Positions 27,092 to 39,196 of a stretch of 64,000 nt of DNA are shown here, one piece after another. The DNA comes from Eledone cirrhosa (taxonomy: Eukaryota): the NCBI GenBank assembly GCA_964016885.1, contig OZ024744.1, positions 87,048,001 to 87,112,000 of the forward strand. The letters are read 5' to 3'. Position numbers and translations under genes: made by a program. Below the pieces are notes generated by a model. The model saw only the letters and a list, made by a program, of their open reading frames with translations, did no database searches and was not told where the DNA came from. Position 1 is the first letter of the stretch; every line of letters starts with the position of its first letter.

Positions 27092-29220
27092 TTACCGTAC
27101 TTTTGGTAGAGGAGGGATGGTTTTTACATCCCTTTTCACTTGATCGTCTGGTGAAGGGACCGTTGAATCGTCCCTTCGGCTGGTCGTCGGCTCTTCTAAG
27201 AGAATGTCTGAGTATACTCTTCGATTGATGGTTCCTCCTAGGTCCCTGAAATCACCAACTGCGTTGGGGAATTTCGTTTTAATATTTGTGTATTGTTTCT
27301 GTGCTATTTTTAGCAGTCTTATGTTAGTTGGCGTTTTGATTGGTGCTGGTATTATGTAGTCCTGTTGTGAAATGTCTGTGTGTTCAATTATGTAAGTCAT
27401 TAGTTTCTTGTTGTGTGTATTTATTGCCGTGCATTTGTTTTTCTGGGGGTGGGGTGTGGTTCTGCTATTTTCTTGTCGTTGTTGCTGGGTGTGTGTGTTT
27501 TGTTGTTGTGTTTGCGATGTTGGTGCTTGTGGTGGTGGTGTTGAAGGTGTTGTTGGCGGTGGGGTTGTCGCCGGTGGTGATGGTGGTGCTAGTGTGGGTG
27601 GTGATGGTGTTGGTGGTGTTGCTGCTGTGGGTCTCTTTGCAGTAGACTTTACCCTTTTCTCATTTCTTTCCTCCCTTTTCAAAGGCGACGATGCGCTGCT
27701 TCTGCGTTTGTGCCTTCTTGCGATCTTTTGCCATCCCTCTCCCACCTCACACTCCATGTCTGATTCTGTAAGGTCGGGGAGGGGTACCAGCTCCACTCTT
27801 TCACTTGTTGTTGTTGGTGATGTTTGCACTGGAGTCTCTGTTGCAGCTGCATTTGGTATTGCTGTTGTTGTTGTTAATATTTCCACTGTGCTGCTGTCTT
27901 TGATTTCCGTGGAGTGGGTATTGTTGCCACGGACCTATCGTTCCTGGTTGCCGCTTGTCCTGTTGCTGGTAGCCGTGGAGCCGGATTCGGAAGGAGGGGG
28001 GTTTTCTCCTTTCTCAGGGTCTTCTCGTTGCAGAAGGCCCTGAGGTGAGTCTTCGATCCACAGCGAAAGCATTTCGGGCGTTTGCCCTCAACACTTATGG
28101 GCAGTTGAGTGCCGTTATCGAAGTCTATCACATCCGGGATAGCTTCGATGCAATCCTGGTTGGTTTGGATTAGCAACTCAATGGAGGAGCCGACCCAATC
28201 TTCTCTTACTTTTTTCTGTACTTGCAGTACAGTTGTTTTGTCCTCGATTCCGACGAGGACAGACGCGGCCAGCCAAGAAGGGGTCATTCCGGGGGGGACG
28301 TGGGTCAGTTTGACCCTCACAATTTTTTGCCCGCAGTAGGAGGGCACCAACACCATTTCCTCGCTCCTTATGGTCACTACTGATTGGGCCTTTGCCTCCT
28401 GGGGTGTGGCAAAAAGTACGTCTACGGTGGCGTATTTTTTGCCTCGGGTGATGTGCGTTTTCCGCTGCCACACAGACCCCAAGGCTTTTTGTATTTGGGC
28501 CTCTGTGGCTCTTTCCACCCTACGGGATTTTGTACTTACTGTACGGTACGTGACCGTACAGTGCTCTTGGGTTTCGAAAAAATTTTTCGCTGCCTTGCAG
28601 ATTGCTCGGTGTCCGTTCTTTGTCACCATCTTCTTCGCTTCCTCTAATTCCTCATTTGTTATGAGGATTGTTTCCAAGTTTTTCGCAATACCTGCAAATG
28701 AGATTGGTTTTTCTCTGCTGTTGTTGTTGTCGTCAGAGCTGCTGGTACTTTTGTTGTTGCTGCAGGTACTACGACTACTGCCTCCGCCGCTGTTGCTGTG
28801 GTTGTTGTTGGTATTGCTGCTGCTAATGCTGTTGTTGTTTATGCTGCTGGTGATGCTGTTGCGGCTGCTACTGTTGTTTTCATTGTCACTGTTGCTGTTG
28901 TTATTACGGCTGCTACTGCTATTATTCCTGACGTCAGACGAATGAACTGGGTTTTCGTATTTCCCGCACACCTGTTTCGTCGCTGTCGTCGTCGTCGTGG
29001 AGAAACCTTGCACGCTTTGCACGAGACTTTTCTTTTCTTTCGTCGCTTGCGAAAGAGAAGGGAGGGAGAGAGACACATTTAAAGAAGGGAGGGAGAGAGA
29101 CAATCTTCTCTCTGCTGTAGTGATGATTGAGGAAGAAGAAGACGGAATGAGTGGGAGTGACGTTTGAAATTTCTTTTTCGTAGCCATGTTTTTTTGTTTA
29201 AAATGAAATTTTGGGTACAA
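27092..29220 (-). CDS. Tx1 ORF1 (gag-like, CCHC knuckle, Ser/Asn- and Pro/Thr-rich), split by one frameshift near 27890
   Basis: ORFs 27874-29220 (CFRCGSKTHLRAFC) and 27092-27886 join if one base is restored in 'acagcagcacagtgg'; ends ~36 nt before the ORF2 ATG. Confidence 0.8.
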
Positions 29221-29430
29221 AACCCCAATAACTGGTTATTTAACCCCGAAGGGCCAAATAACGGACAGAAAGACCCCTCTCACGAGGAGGAGGGTGTCTT
29301 TATCAACAATTTGGTTCAAGTTTTAAACAATTTACAATTGTTTTAACGGTTAAAAATTACTATACCTTACAGAGCCGAGCCTCCGTCAACCATGGCATTC
29401 AATAATAATAATAATAATAATAATAATAAT

Positions 29431-29650
29431 TGTTTCTACTTTTGGCACAAGGCCAGCAAATACCCAGTGCATTACTGGTACTTTATTTTATCGACCCCGT
29501 AAGGATGAAAGGCAAAGTCAACCTCGGCGGGATTTGAACTCAGATCGTAAAGGGACGTAACTATGCTGGAAAGCATGGCGTCCGACCCTATAATAATAAT
29601 AATAATAATTGTTTCTACTTTTGGCACAAGGCCACCAATTATCCCAGTAT
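29431..29650 (-). mobile_element. Two nested SINE family 1 copies (29431-29589 and 3' piece 29610-29650) separated by (ATT)n
   Basis: Reverse complement of the SINE consensus; the tail of the first is contiguous with the Tx1 5' end. Confidence 0.85.
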
Positions 29651-29731
29651 ACCTTCCTGTCAGATAATTGATATTATAATAAATGTTCGGTAAACCCATA
29701 CGTACATATATATATAATATATTTGTGCATG

Positions 29732-29784
<53 letters not shown>

Positions 29785-30482
29785 ATATACATACTACTGT
29801 ACGTCTGTATACATATATGTACGTATACATACTTACATTTAAGTATCAGCCGTACTAAGAGTGAGAAATGAAATTTCGTTTCATTCTTTTCCATTTATCG
29901 TTTTCGGTACGCCCGGCCGACTAACTCAGTCGATATGCAAATTACGCTTCTCAGCCGTTAATATACATAAGGAAAGTATATACTTTCAAACGTTCAATCA
30001 TCTGACAGGAAGGTATACGGTGCTGACGATAGCTAATAAGCTTGAAACTAGTACATCGTTCCTCTGTCAGTGTTGTAAAAATAGACGACGATGGTTGCCG
30101 AGCACTGTACGGCGTAATTCGGGCTGTTTGTTTACAAATAAACCAAACATTAAAAGAATTGTTCGGTGAATCCAAACGTACATATATATATGTGTGCATG
30201 TATGTATATATATATATATATACTACTGTACGCCTGTGCACATATATGTATGTGTACATATATATATATATATGTGTGCATGTATGTATATATATACTAC
30301 TGTACGTCTGTGCACATATATGTATGTGTACACATATATATATATGTGTGCATGTATGTATATATATATACATACTACTGTACGCCTGTCTACATATATG
30401 TATGTACGTATACATACTTACATTTAAGTATCAGCCGTACTAAGAGTGAGAAATTAAATTTCGTTTCATTCTTTTCCATTTA
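29650..30482 (+). mobile_element. Hammerhead-bearing element family C, partial tandem with short inverted 5' piece
   Basis: 'atacttacatttaagtatcagccgtactaagagtgagaaat..tttcgtttcattcttttccatt' at ~29829 and ~30414; 'taccttcctgtcagat' (29650) is the inverse of 29999-30015; internal ~70-bp microsatellite-laden subrepeats at 30180-30420. Confidence 0.75.
30017..30059 (+). ncRNA. Type-I hammerhead motif (family C), intact
   Basis: acggtg-CTGACGA-t-agct-aata-agct-t-GAAAC-ta-GTA|catcgt; palindromic ACTAGT stem III. Confidence 0.82.
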
Positions 30483-30626
30483 TATATATAAGTAGAAGTG
30501 GTATTTAATTTGTTGGAAGTCCGACAAATATAAATGCTTATAACTGATTTAGTGCACTCAACAAGTTACTGGAGTAAATATTCGATGATATTAAATAAAT
30601 GGAAACTATATTTATAAAACCATATT

Positions 30627-30691
30627 TATTTTATTATATATATTTCAAGGGCAACCAAGACAACATTGGTACGCTTTCCTCAGATAAAATA
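30627..30691 (-). ncRNA. Type-I hammerhead motif (family D; element ~30495-30780)
   Basis: Minus strand: tattttat-CTGAGGA-aagcgtaccaa..ttggttgccctt-GAAA-tatata-TA|ataaaata. Confidence 0.75.
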
Positions 30692-31043
30692 CAAAGTTTG
30701 TTTCATAAATAGAGACATACCCAAGAAAATCATACCTTATCGGTTGGAAATTCACTGGAAAGTTGAAATTTATTAGGGATTATTCAAACTTATGTGTGAA
30801 TATGCAAATGAATATGTAAATAATTGTATATATATATATATAGGGTTTAAGCGTATTTTCTCGTAATCCCGGCGATAGTGGTAGGACCTGTCTATAGCGG
30901 CGGAAATTACTTCGAGCAGAGGTTCTGGGGTTACAGCGAGTTGCGGTACTAGGCTGGAAATTGCGGTGCTGGAAATTGTCCGCATGTGTTGTAGCGTGCG
31001 GTGTAGGTGTTGTAGGAGTTTTCTTATGCAGAATTTGTGTATG

Positions 31044-31127
<84 letters not shown>

Positions 31128-31152
31128 ATATTATATATACATATATTTACAA

Positions 31153-31187
<35 letters not shown>

Positions 31188-31193
<6 letters not shown>

Positions 31194-31405
31194 AAAATAA
31201 CAGATTAAAGTTTAAGCAAAGAATCGCTGCTTTCACCCTTAACGGGTTAGTTTCAGAAGATCCCGTTAAGGGTGAAAGCAGCGATTCTTTGCTTAAACTT
31301 TAATCTGTTATTTTAATAAATATTTGCTCTACGGTTCTTATATATTTGATATATATTTTCCTTATCGAGCCCTCTTTGGAATTTAGTCTTCAAATTTATT
31401 ATTAT

Positions 31406-31410
<5 letters not shown>
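31188..31410 (+). mobile_element. Short TA-flanked element (family J) with ~57-bp inverted duplication; other copies ~35880-35950, ~57125-57195, ~58973-59062
   Basis: 'cccgttaagggtgaaagcagcgattctttgcttaaactttaatctgttatttta' and its reverse complement lie adjacent; the sequence recurs at four loci. Confidence 0.75.
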
Positions 31411-31450
<40 letters not shown>

Positions 31451-31453
<3 letters not shown>

Positions 31454-31635
31454 CAAAGAAAGTGTGGTAAGAAATCAGGTGGACCATAACACACTAGAGT
31501 ACTCGACACTTAGGGTAGTAGAGTGGGTAATAGGAAAATAGTTAGGAGGCCGACGGCTGAACTCCGGCGTTTCGACAGCTTGACCTAGTTGTCGAAACGG
31601 CCGGACTCAGCCGTCCGGGTCCTGAATCTTTTCCT
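31451..31635 (-). mobile_element. Hairpin-headed ~190-bp element (family HP), TA-flanked
   Basis: GC-rich ~50-bp stem (gacggctga..cgtttcgac / gtcgaaacg..tcagccgtc) plus ~85-nt tail 'tattacccactctactaccctaagt..gagtact..gtccacctg..cttaccaca'. Confidence 0.8.
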
Positions 31636-31721
31636 ATATATATATATATATATATAAATATTTATATATATATGCATATATATATACATACATATCTCTC
31701 TCTCTCTCTCGCTATATATAT

Positions 31722-31793
<72 letters not shown>

Positions 31794-32725
31794 TATATAT
31801 ATATGTGTGTATAGATATATAGATATATATAGATAGATATACATAGATATATAATACAAAAGAAAATAATAGAATTTAGTTTCTCGTAGATTTATTGTTA
31901 TACTGTGCATATATATATATATATATATATATGCATCTGGGTACATATGTGTATGTATATATGTATCCATATATGTATGTATGTATTATTTAAGTATTAT
32001 GTATGTATGAACATGTGTATACACAGCATCTATATAGTACCTTATTTAAAGTTATACATTACTAAATGATTGTGGTGTTGGTTAGTATAATCGATATGCT
32101 GGTACTTACTAGATAACATTACAAAACCGACCTAGAACGTGTAGTGTCACTATTTATATTTAGTCAAAAGTCTGTCGTATGAAAACTAGAATCATGATTG
32201 TGCATTTACACACTCTCACATATATACAAACACGCACGTATGTACAAACTAGGATACTCTCCCTTTCTTAGACATACACACATATATATATACACACGTT
32301 CATATACCTATAAACATGCACAATAATATCATAAAACACGCAAATATTCACACATGTGTGAAAGTCTATACATATGTAGAAACAGATTTTGTTCGACAAA
32401 ATATCATACGTGCCAAGTTACAGGCACAAAGGTTTGTCTAGGCCCCTAGAACAAAGGCTTCATTTAAACAAGAATATAACGTGAACTTATGGTTTGTCAT
32501 TGTACAGCTGGTATATGTGCTTAGTAGTACATATATACAAGTATGCTATGCATCCACATACATCCACCAATACATTCACACACACACACACACATATATA
32601 TATATTAACATACTCACACAAGTAACAACGTATTTATGTATAAATATGTATGTCTCTTAGTCTGTGTGTGTTTGTTGATAAGTGCAGAAGTATATGCACA
32701 TTGTATATATAGAATATATATATAG

Positions 32726-32924
32726 AGGAAACGAGTCAGGACCCCGACGGCTGAGCTCCGGCTGTTTCGTCAACTAGATCTGAACTCAGATCTAGCTGTC
32801 GAAACGGCCGGAGCTCAGCCGTCGGGGTCCTGACTCTTTTCCTATTACCCTCTCTACTGCCCTAAGTATCGAGTACTCTGGTTCGTTATAGTCTACCTGG
32901 TTCCTTACCACACTTCCTTCGTTT
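32726..32924 (+). mobile_element. Hairpin-headed element (family HP)
   Basis: Near-perfect stem 32726-32844 plus the same tail; (TA)n on both sides. Confidence 0.85.
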
Positions 32925-33039
<115 letters not shown>

Positions 33040-35114
33040 CTTCTTAAAGTATTTATTATACATATATAAAATAACGGAGTCAAGTTTGTCCCCGTGATCC
33101 ATAAAATAAAATTATTTCTACAAGACAGAATTAAGCCGAACAAACACTGACAGGAGATAAAGAAAAAAAGAAAAAAAAAAAGAAAAAAGAAACCTAACAA
33201 CTCACCAACAAACATAAAAACCTGGGTCATAAACAATACACAAGAGCTTTCATATCACAAGTAAATTCCTTTTAAGTGAATCCTGCTGTTTCGGAAATGA
33301 TGAGACAAACTGCTGCTTATTCCCTGCCGCGCTATGCCGTGCCAGAACGTAACTTATCATCTTCGGGAGAAATGTCGTAAGGAATAAATCCAGCCAACGG
33401 ACCTGTGATCCTGCCGAGCACCATCAGTAAAGAGGGAAAATAGAAAGGGCAGACAAAGAAACAACATAACATCTGTCCTTTTCAAATGCAATAAGCACTT
33501 GTAGCAGCATAGGAACATCAGTCTTTTTGTAAGAATGGCACATAAAATTGTGCAATATCTAGCCGAATGGAAGAGAGACAAGTCTAAACTACTCATATCA
33601 AGAGTAGAAGACTGCCACAAATATTTCATCTGGAATAGTCACCTCTGTCACCCGTGCAAATGTCACACGAGCATTTTGATGAATGTCAGAGGTCTACTAC
33701 AATTTGATAACAGAGAGACATTGCCACATACAATCAAGCAATACGCGCAACATTCACAGAAACACGTCTAACGTCAAACATAGCTGATGCAGAAATATAG
33801 ATAACAAAGTATGTTGTATTTCGAACACGCGGTAAAGAAAGGGATCATTGTGGAATTGAAATTTACTTTCGCGAAGATATTTCAAACACAGTAAAATATT
33901 ACCTGCTAACATCCATCACGTGTTTCGGACGGAAAGATGTCGTAAATATATATGCGTATTGAAATATCCGCTCAACCGTTCAACCACTCAAACATTGATG
34001 TAATATGTCTAGACTATTGTATAGGCCTTCGATAAAGACGCTCATAAAACGTTATGTCGCAAACTACGTGATTTCGACATAGACTGAAAACTGAGTGTGT
34101 AGCGTCGTAGCTTCCCCAAAAGCAGAAACAGTTTTGTTGCAGCCAATACTATCCTCCCCCTGGAAACACAAAAAATGTATGGGATCTTTAAGGAGCATAT
34201 GTCCTGGAACCACTGTAGCTTGAGTGACTCTATCAAAGATTCTCTCGACTGTACATCACTAGCTATGTTGATGAGACGAATGTAACATTGACCATCAGAA
34301 AGCCCGCTGATACTCCTCTCCTACATATAGATTTGATACTATATAAAATGGACCGGGGACAAAAATCTGCAGTTCAATGGCAGTTCAATGCCGGAAAATA
34401 CAATTCAGATATGCTCGATCAGAAGGGATTCATATGCCTGCACCAAAATCAGTGCATGACCAGAGAAATGATGTGATGCATTTTTTTTAATGAGATTATC
34501 CCGAGGTTGGCTGCATTTGCGTATGACTGACCGATTGAATTCTGAGCTAATTCAGGATATGTGAGCGGGAGACACATATTGGTCGAACAGAGGATATTTT
34601 TCCTCAATTGTGGTCATCCCACAGTGTTAAATTAAGTGCAAAACGTGGAGCAATTCAATGATGCAGCACCGAGAAGAGTATCTGGTCGAAAGATGAGCTG
34701 CAAGACGAAGATGAAAAACAATTAAGGCACTACTCACTGATACATATACTAGAGAGATTAGTGGTGATATACATATAAAATATCCTAGAAGGGCTGCTTA
34801 GTTCCAAACTTCGGCATAGAAGGCTGGATCGACTTCTAGACAGATCTCCAGAGTGTAGGCCAAAGTTCCCATCTTCCACAGATAGACAAAAGATTAGCTT
34901 TTGTAATAGTAGATGGAACAAGGGCCGCAAGGGCTTTAATGTGCTACCCAAATACCCGAGAGATCTACACGGTTTGATGTCAATATTTCTGAGAAACATC
35001 TCGACATAGTGCCAAGGACCCAAATGAAACAGCGGGCAAGTAAAACATATGAGGCTGGTGGAAATAAAACCCTTCATTCATCAATGGCGAAACAAGGATG
35101 GCTATATATATACC

Positions 35115-35208
35115 AATATATCTGAAGAACTTTCGATTATAGAGCCAGGTTCGATCAGGAATAGATCTTGCCTCGAGCTGATCGATAGAGAAACATATGT
35201 AATACGTT
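35115..35208 (+). ncRNA. Type-I hammerhead motif (family B)
   Basis: aatatat-CTGAAGA-..tcgat...atcga..-GAAAC-atat-GTA|atacgtt; homolog of 17464-17551. Confidence 0.65.
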
Positions 35209-35339
35209 AATAAATATGATATGATGCAACACTGAATCCTCGTTCTTTATATTATACTCTGCTCTGCGCGAACATCGAGTGCTCAACGATCATACCAACT
35301 GCGGATACATTTACCTTGTAACCTTACAACTATAATTAC

Positions 35340-35391
<52 letters not shown>

Positions 35392-35392
35392 G

Positions 35393-35438
<46 letters not shown>

Positions 35439-35613
35439 TATAATATAAATATGTCTGTGTACGTGTGTATGAGTCAGTCAGCATGTGCCTGTATGAATAT
35501 ATGCATAAACACATGCACATATACACGCAGACACATACATACATATATATATATATATATGTGTGTCTATGTATATGTGTGCATGTGTTTATGCATATAT
35601 TCATACAGGCACA

Positions 35614-35652
<39 letters not shown>

Positions 35653-35801
35653 CACACACACACATACACACACACACATATATATATATATAAACTAAAA
35701 AATGTATACAGTTATATATATGAACCCTCTTCAGATTTTAGTCTTCACATTTATTATTATTACTATATATATATATACATATATATATAGTTACACACCC
35801 T

Positions 35802-35844
<43 letters not shown>

Positions 35845-35942
35845 GAAGGTTCATATATATATAAATATATGCATTTTTTTAGTTTCAGGAGATCCCGTTC
35901 AGCGTGAAAGCACCGATTCTTTGCTTAAACTTTAATCTGTGA

Positions 35943-35988
<46 letters not shown>

Positions 35989-36115
35989 AAAGTTCTATTT
36001 AAATTGTTGGCATACAACAAGCAAATATTTTTATAACCGATATAAAGCACTCAACAGCTATTTGGAGTAAAAATACGATATTAACAAATGGAAACTGTAT
36101 TTATAAAACCATATT

Positions 36116-36180
36116 TATTTCATTATACATATTTCAAGGACACCAAGTTAAATTATGGTGTGCTTTCATCAGGTAAAATA
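36116..36180 (-). ncRNA. Type-I hammerhead motif (family D; element ~35986-36300)
   Basis: Minus strand: tattttac-CTGATGA-aagcacacca..tggtgtcctt-GAAA-tatgta-TA|atgaaata. Confidence 0.72.
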
Positions 36181-36351
36181 TAATATAGATCAGTTTTATA
36201 AATAAATATTGACATACCCTTAAAGAATGCAACCATTACTGTTGGAAGCTTCCGGATAGTGGAGTTGTAGCTTTAATTATATTATTAGGTAAGTTAGTAT
36301 TGGATATTTTTAAAATAAGCCGTTGGGTTACGGAGAAAGATAGAGAAAGAA

Positions 36352-36384
<33 letters not shown>

Positions 36385-36420
36385 ATAAAGTCAAATATTT
36401 AAAATTTGGCTTCGTTTATT

Positions 36421-36477
36421 ACTGTTATATATATATTTCGGTGACAGCCATCTTTGGCTGTGACCTCTTCAGGCAGT
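36421..36477 (-). ncRNA. Type-I hammerhead motif (family E)
   Basis: Minus strand: actgc-CTGAAGA-ggtcacagcca-aaga-tggctgtcacc-GAAA-tatatata-TA|acagt; stem II is 10/11 paired. Confidence 0.75.
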
Positions 36478-36516
36478 CCGAATTGGTGTGGTAGAGACGT
36501 GTGTGTCTCTCTCACT

Positions 36517-36598
<82 letters not shown>

Positions 36599-36667
36599 AG
36601 TGAGAGAGACACACATAGAGAGTGAGAGAGAGAGAAATAAATAAATAAATAAAGAAAGAAAGAAATA

Positions 36668-36703
<36 letters not shown>

Positions 36704-37079
36704 ATGAATGAATGATAGAAAGAAAGACAGACATAAAGAAATAATCATATAGATAGACGTATTCCTCTGCCAATACTTATTCTTATGTATTGTTAATGAC
36801 ATATATACATTTCTGAAATATCTGCGTGTACTATAAGTGTTAATCATTATGTGTTGTCAGCGATGTATTATCTCAACATCGGAAACATTTCATAAATAAT
36901 GTGTACATCACTGGGATAATTTATATGCACAGTGAACGTAAAGACTATATCAGGAGTGTACATTCAAACATATATTATGCATAATATACGTGTGTGTGTG
37001 TGAATGTGTGTGTGTGTGTTATGTGGGTGTATGTGGGTGTGTGTGTGTGTATGTATATATATGTATAAATATGTATATG

Positions 37080-37241
<162 letters not shown>

Positions 37242-37245
37242 CATG

Positions 37246-37994
37246 TACAAATATAAATTAGCGAGAATCGCATTTCGGCTAGTGGAAATTAGCGAAAAAC
37301 AACTTCCGAATTGTGTGGCAAGCGCTCAATAGATACGAGTGTACAAGAGCAATAAGCATACGTTAAAAAGGTCATAGACACTGAAACGATGGTTAAACCA
37401 TTAACCGCAAAGCCAAAAAAGCGAGCAAGCTATTCGGGTCAAACAAATATTAATATATGATTGAAACATTTAGCCGGACCCCATCGGAAACGGTGGTAAT
37501 ATCCGGTATAGGGTTTCTGTAACTCCTAAATCAAGTACTGTCTGCTTAAACAAATAATGCTAAGCTTTTGGTATGATGATCGAACAAGGATGTCGCTTTT
37601 TCAACAGGTATTTTGTTCTGCGGACTCAAAAGGGAGAGAACCCCTAGTTTTGGCGGATTAATTCAGTATGTGTGGTTATTGGAAAATTGCAAAATATCAC
37701 AAAACGAATTAAGCTCTCGACAGAATAGTTTTTAAAATAAACATAAGCTATTAATCAGTCAATAGAATTAACTAAAAAATCAAAAAAAAATAACTGGTTA
37801 ATAGCTAGACTGAGGAGATTAATACAAATATAAATTAGCAAGAATCGCATTTCGGCTAGTGGAAATTAGCGAAAAACAACTTCAGAATTGTGTGGAAAGC
37901 GCTCGATAGATACCAGTGTAGTAGAGCAATAAATATACGTTAAAAAGGCCATGCACACTGAGACGATGATTAAACCATTAACCGCAAAGCCAAA
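37246..37994. mobile_element. Unclassified TA-flanked element with 172-bp terminal direct repeats (period 577)
   Basis: 37246-37417 is closely similar to 37823-37994. Confidence 0.7.
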
Positions 37995-38004
37995 TATATA
38001 TATA

Positions 38005-38440
38005 AGGACGGGTTGGAAGAAGCTGCTTCCTCTGTTGAAAAAAAAGGGATTCTCCCTGCGTAGGAAAGGCTAGTTATTTGATGAAGCAAGTATGCTCCGT
38101 TGGATGTGCAATGCCAATGTGCGGTAACAACCAAGCATAGATGAGTTGAGAGAGAAACTATGTATAAGAGGGATAAGTTGTGGTGTGCAGGATAGAAGAC
38201 TGAGATGGTATGGACATGTGATGTGCATGGAGGTTGGCCGCTGGGTAAAGAAGTGCCAAGAAATCCAAGTAGAATGGGAGGAGGTGGTGAGAGCAGACCT
38301 CAGATCACTGAAACTCACCGAGGAGTTGACAAAGGACCGTGACAAGTGTAGAGATGGTGTGCTGAATAGGACCCGTCCAAACCCTTACAAGCAGGGAAAA
38401 GCGTTCGTAAAATGATGATGATGATGATGATGATGATGAT
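38005..38440 (+). mobile_element. RTE-clade LINE 3' fragment with (TGA)n tail
   Basis: MLRWMC..LREKL..RRLRWYGHV..WVKKC..WEEVVRADL, then 'atgatgatg'. Confidence 0.75.
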
Positions 38441-38480
38441 ATACATATATATGTATATATATTCATTTATATATGTATAT

Positions 38481-38587
<107 letters not shown>

Positions 38588-39196
38588 CAAAAATTGTTTC
38601 CTGAGTTCAGTTTTTTTCGTCGCTATGGTCACTGCGGCCCGTCTATCGGTCGCTGTATTCGATTTGCAAAGCTGTCTAAACGTAATGTTATAACTCTAGG
38701 GTAATATACCCTATTGAGTGCTTAGCTGCACACCGAGACTGCATTCGTTAGCTTGGCTGCAACCAGAGCTTCGTTGTTGCTGTACTAAATTTTGTATATA
38801 TATATACATCTTATAAAGGTGTTGTGACAACAACTGGGTGCCTTTCACTCCCAGGCGTACAAAAAAAAGAAGTACTATTTGGATGGCAGTTGACTCCGCT
38901 GCTGAGTTCCTCCGCTCTTTGCCACGTCTTGTATTTCATTCTGCAGAGTGTCCAAATACCCTCCTCCCCACCACGCAAGCTTGGTGAGGTTGCCGGTTTA
39001 GTCGCTGACGACCCGACCATGAGACAGGTTGTACTGGGTTACATGTTACCAGTAGCACTCGAGAATGACCTAACATACATACGTACATACATACATGCAT
39101 ACATACATACATACATACATACATACATACATACATACATACATACATACATACATACATACATACATACATACATACATACATACATACATACAT

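Larger units (their letters stand above)
23385..29400 (-). mobile_element. Full-length (~6.0 kb) Tx1 (L1-clade) non-LTR retrotransposon, family 1, copy A
   Basis: 5' 'gaatgccatggttgacgg', ORF1, ORF2, 3' UTR ending 'ccttgtggttaataaagaaatc'; (ATT)n on both sides (23352-23384 and 29401-29430). Confidence 0.97.

Noticed and set aside
27874-27900. Programmed frameshift in Tx1 ORF1
   Set aside because: Copies A and B shift in opposite directions at a low-complexity (gca)n/A-run, which fits mutation or sequencing error better.
29270-29300. HDV-like ribozyme suggested by 'ctcctcgtg' in the Tx1 5' UTR
   Set aside because: No separate P1/P2 partner strands found; the sequence is explained by a simple hairpin.
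33290-35100. GC-richer, coding-like stretch with short ORFs
   Set aside because: No recognisable protein motif; may be a decayed transposon but cannot be supported without a translated search.
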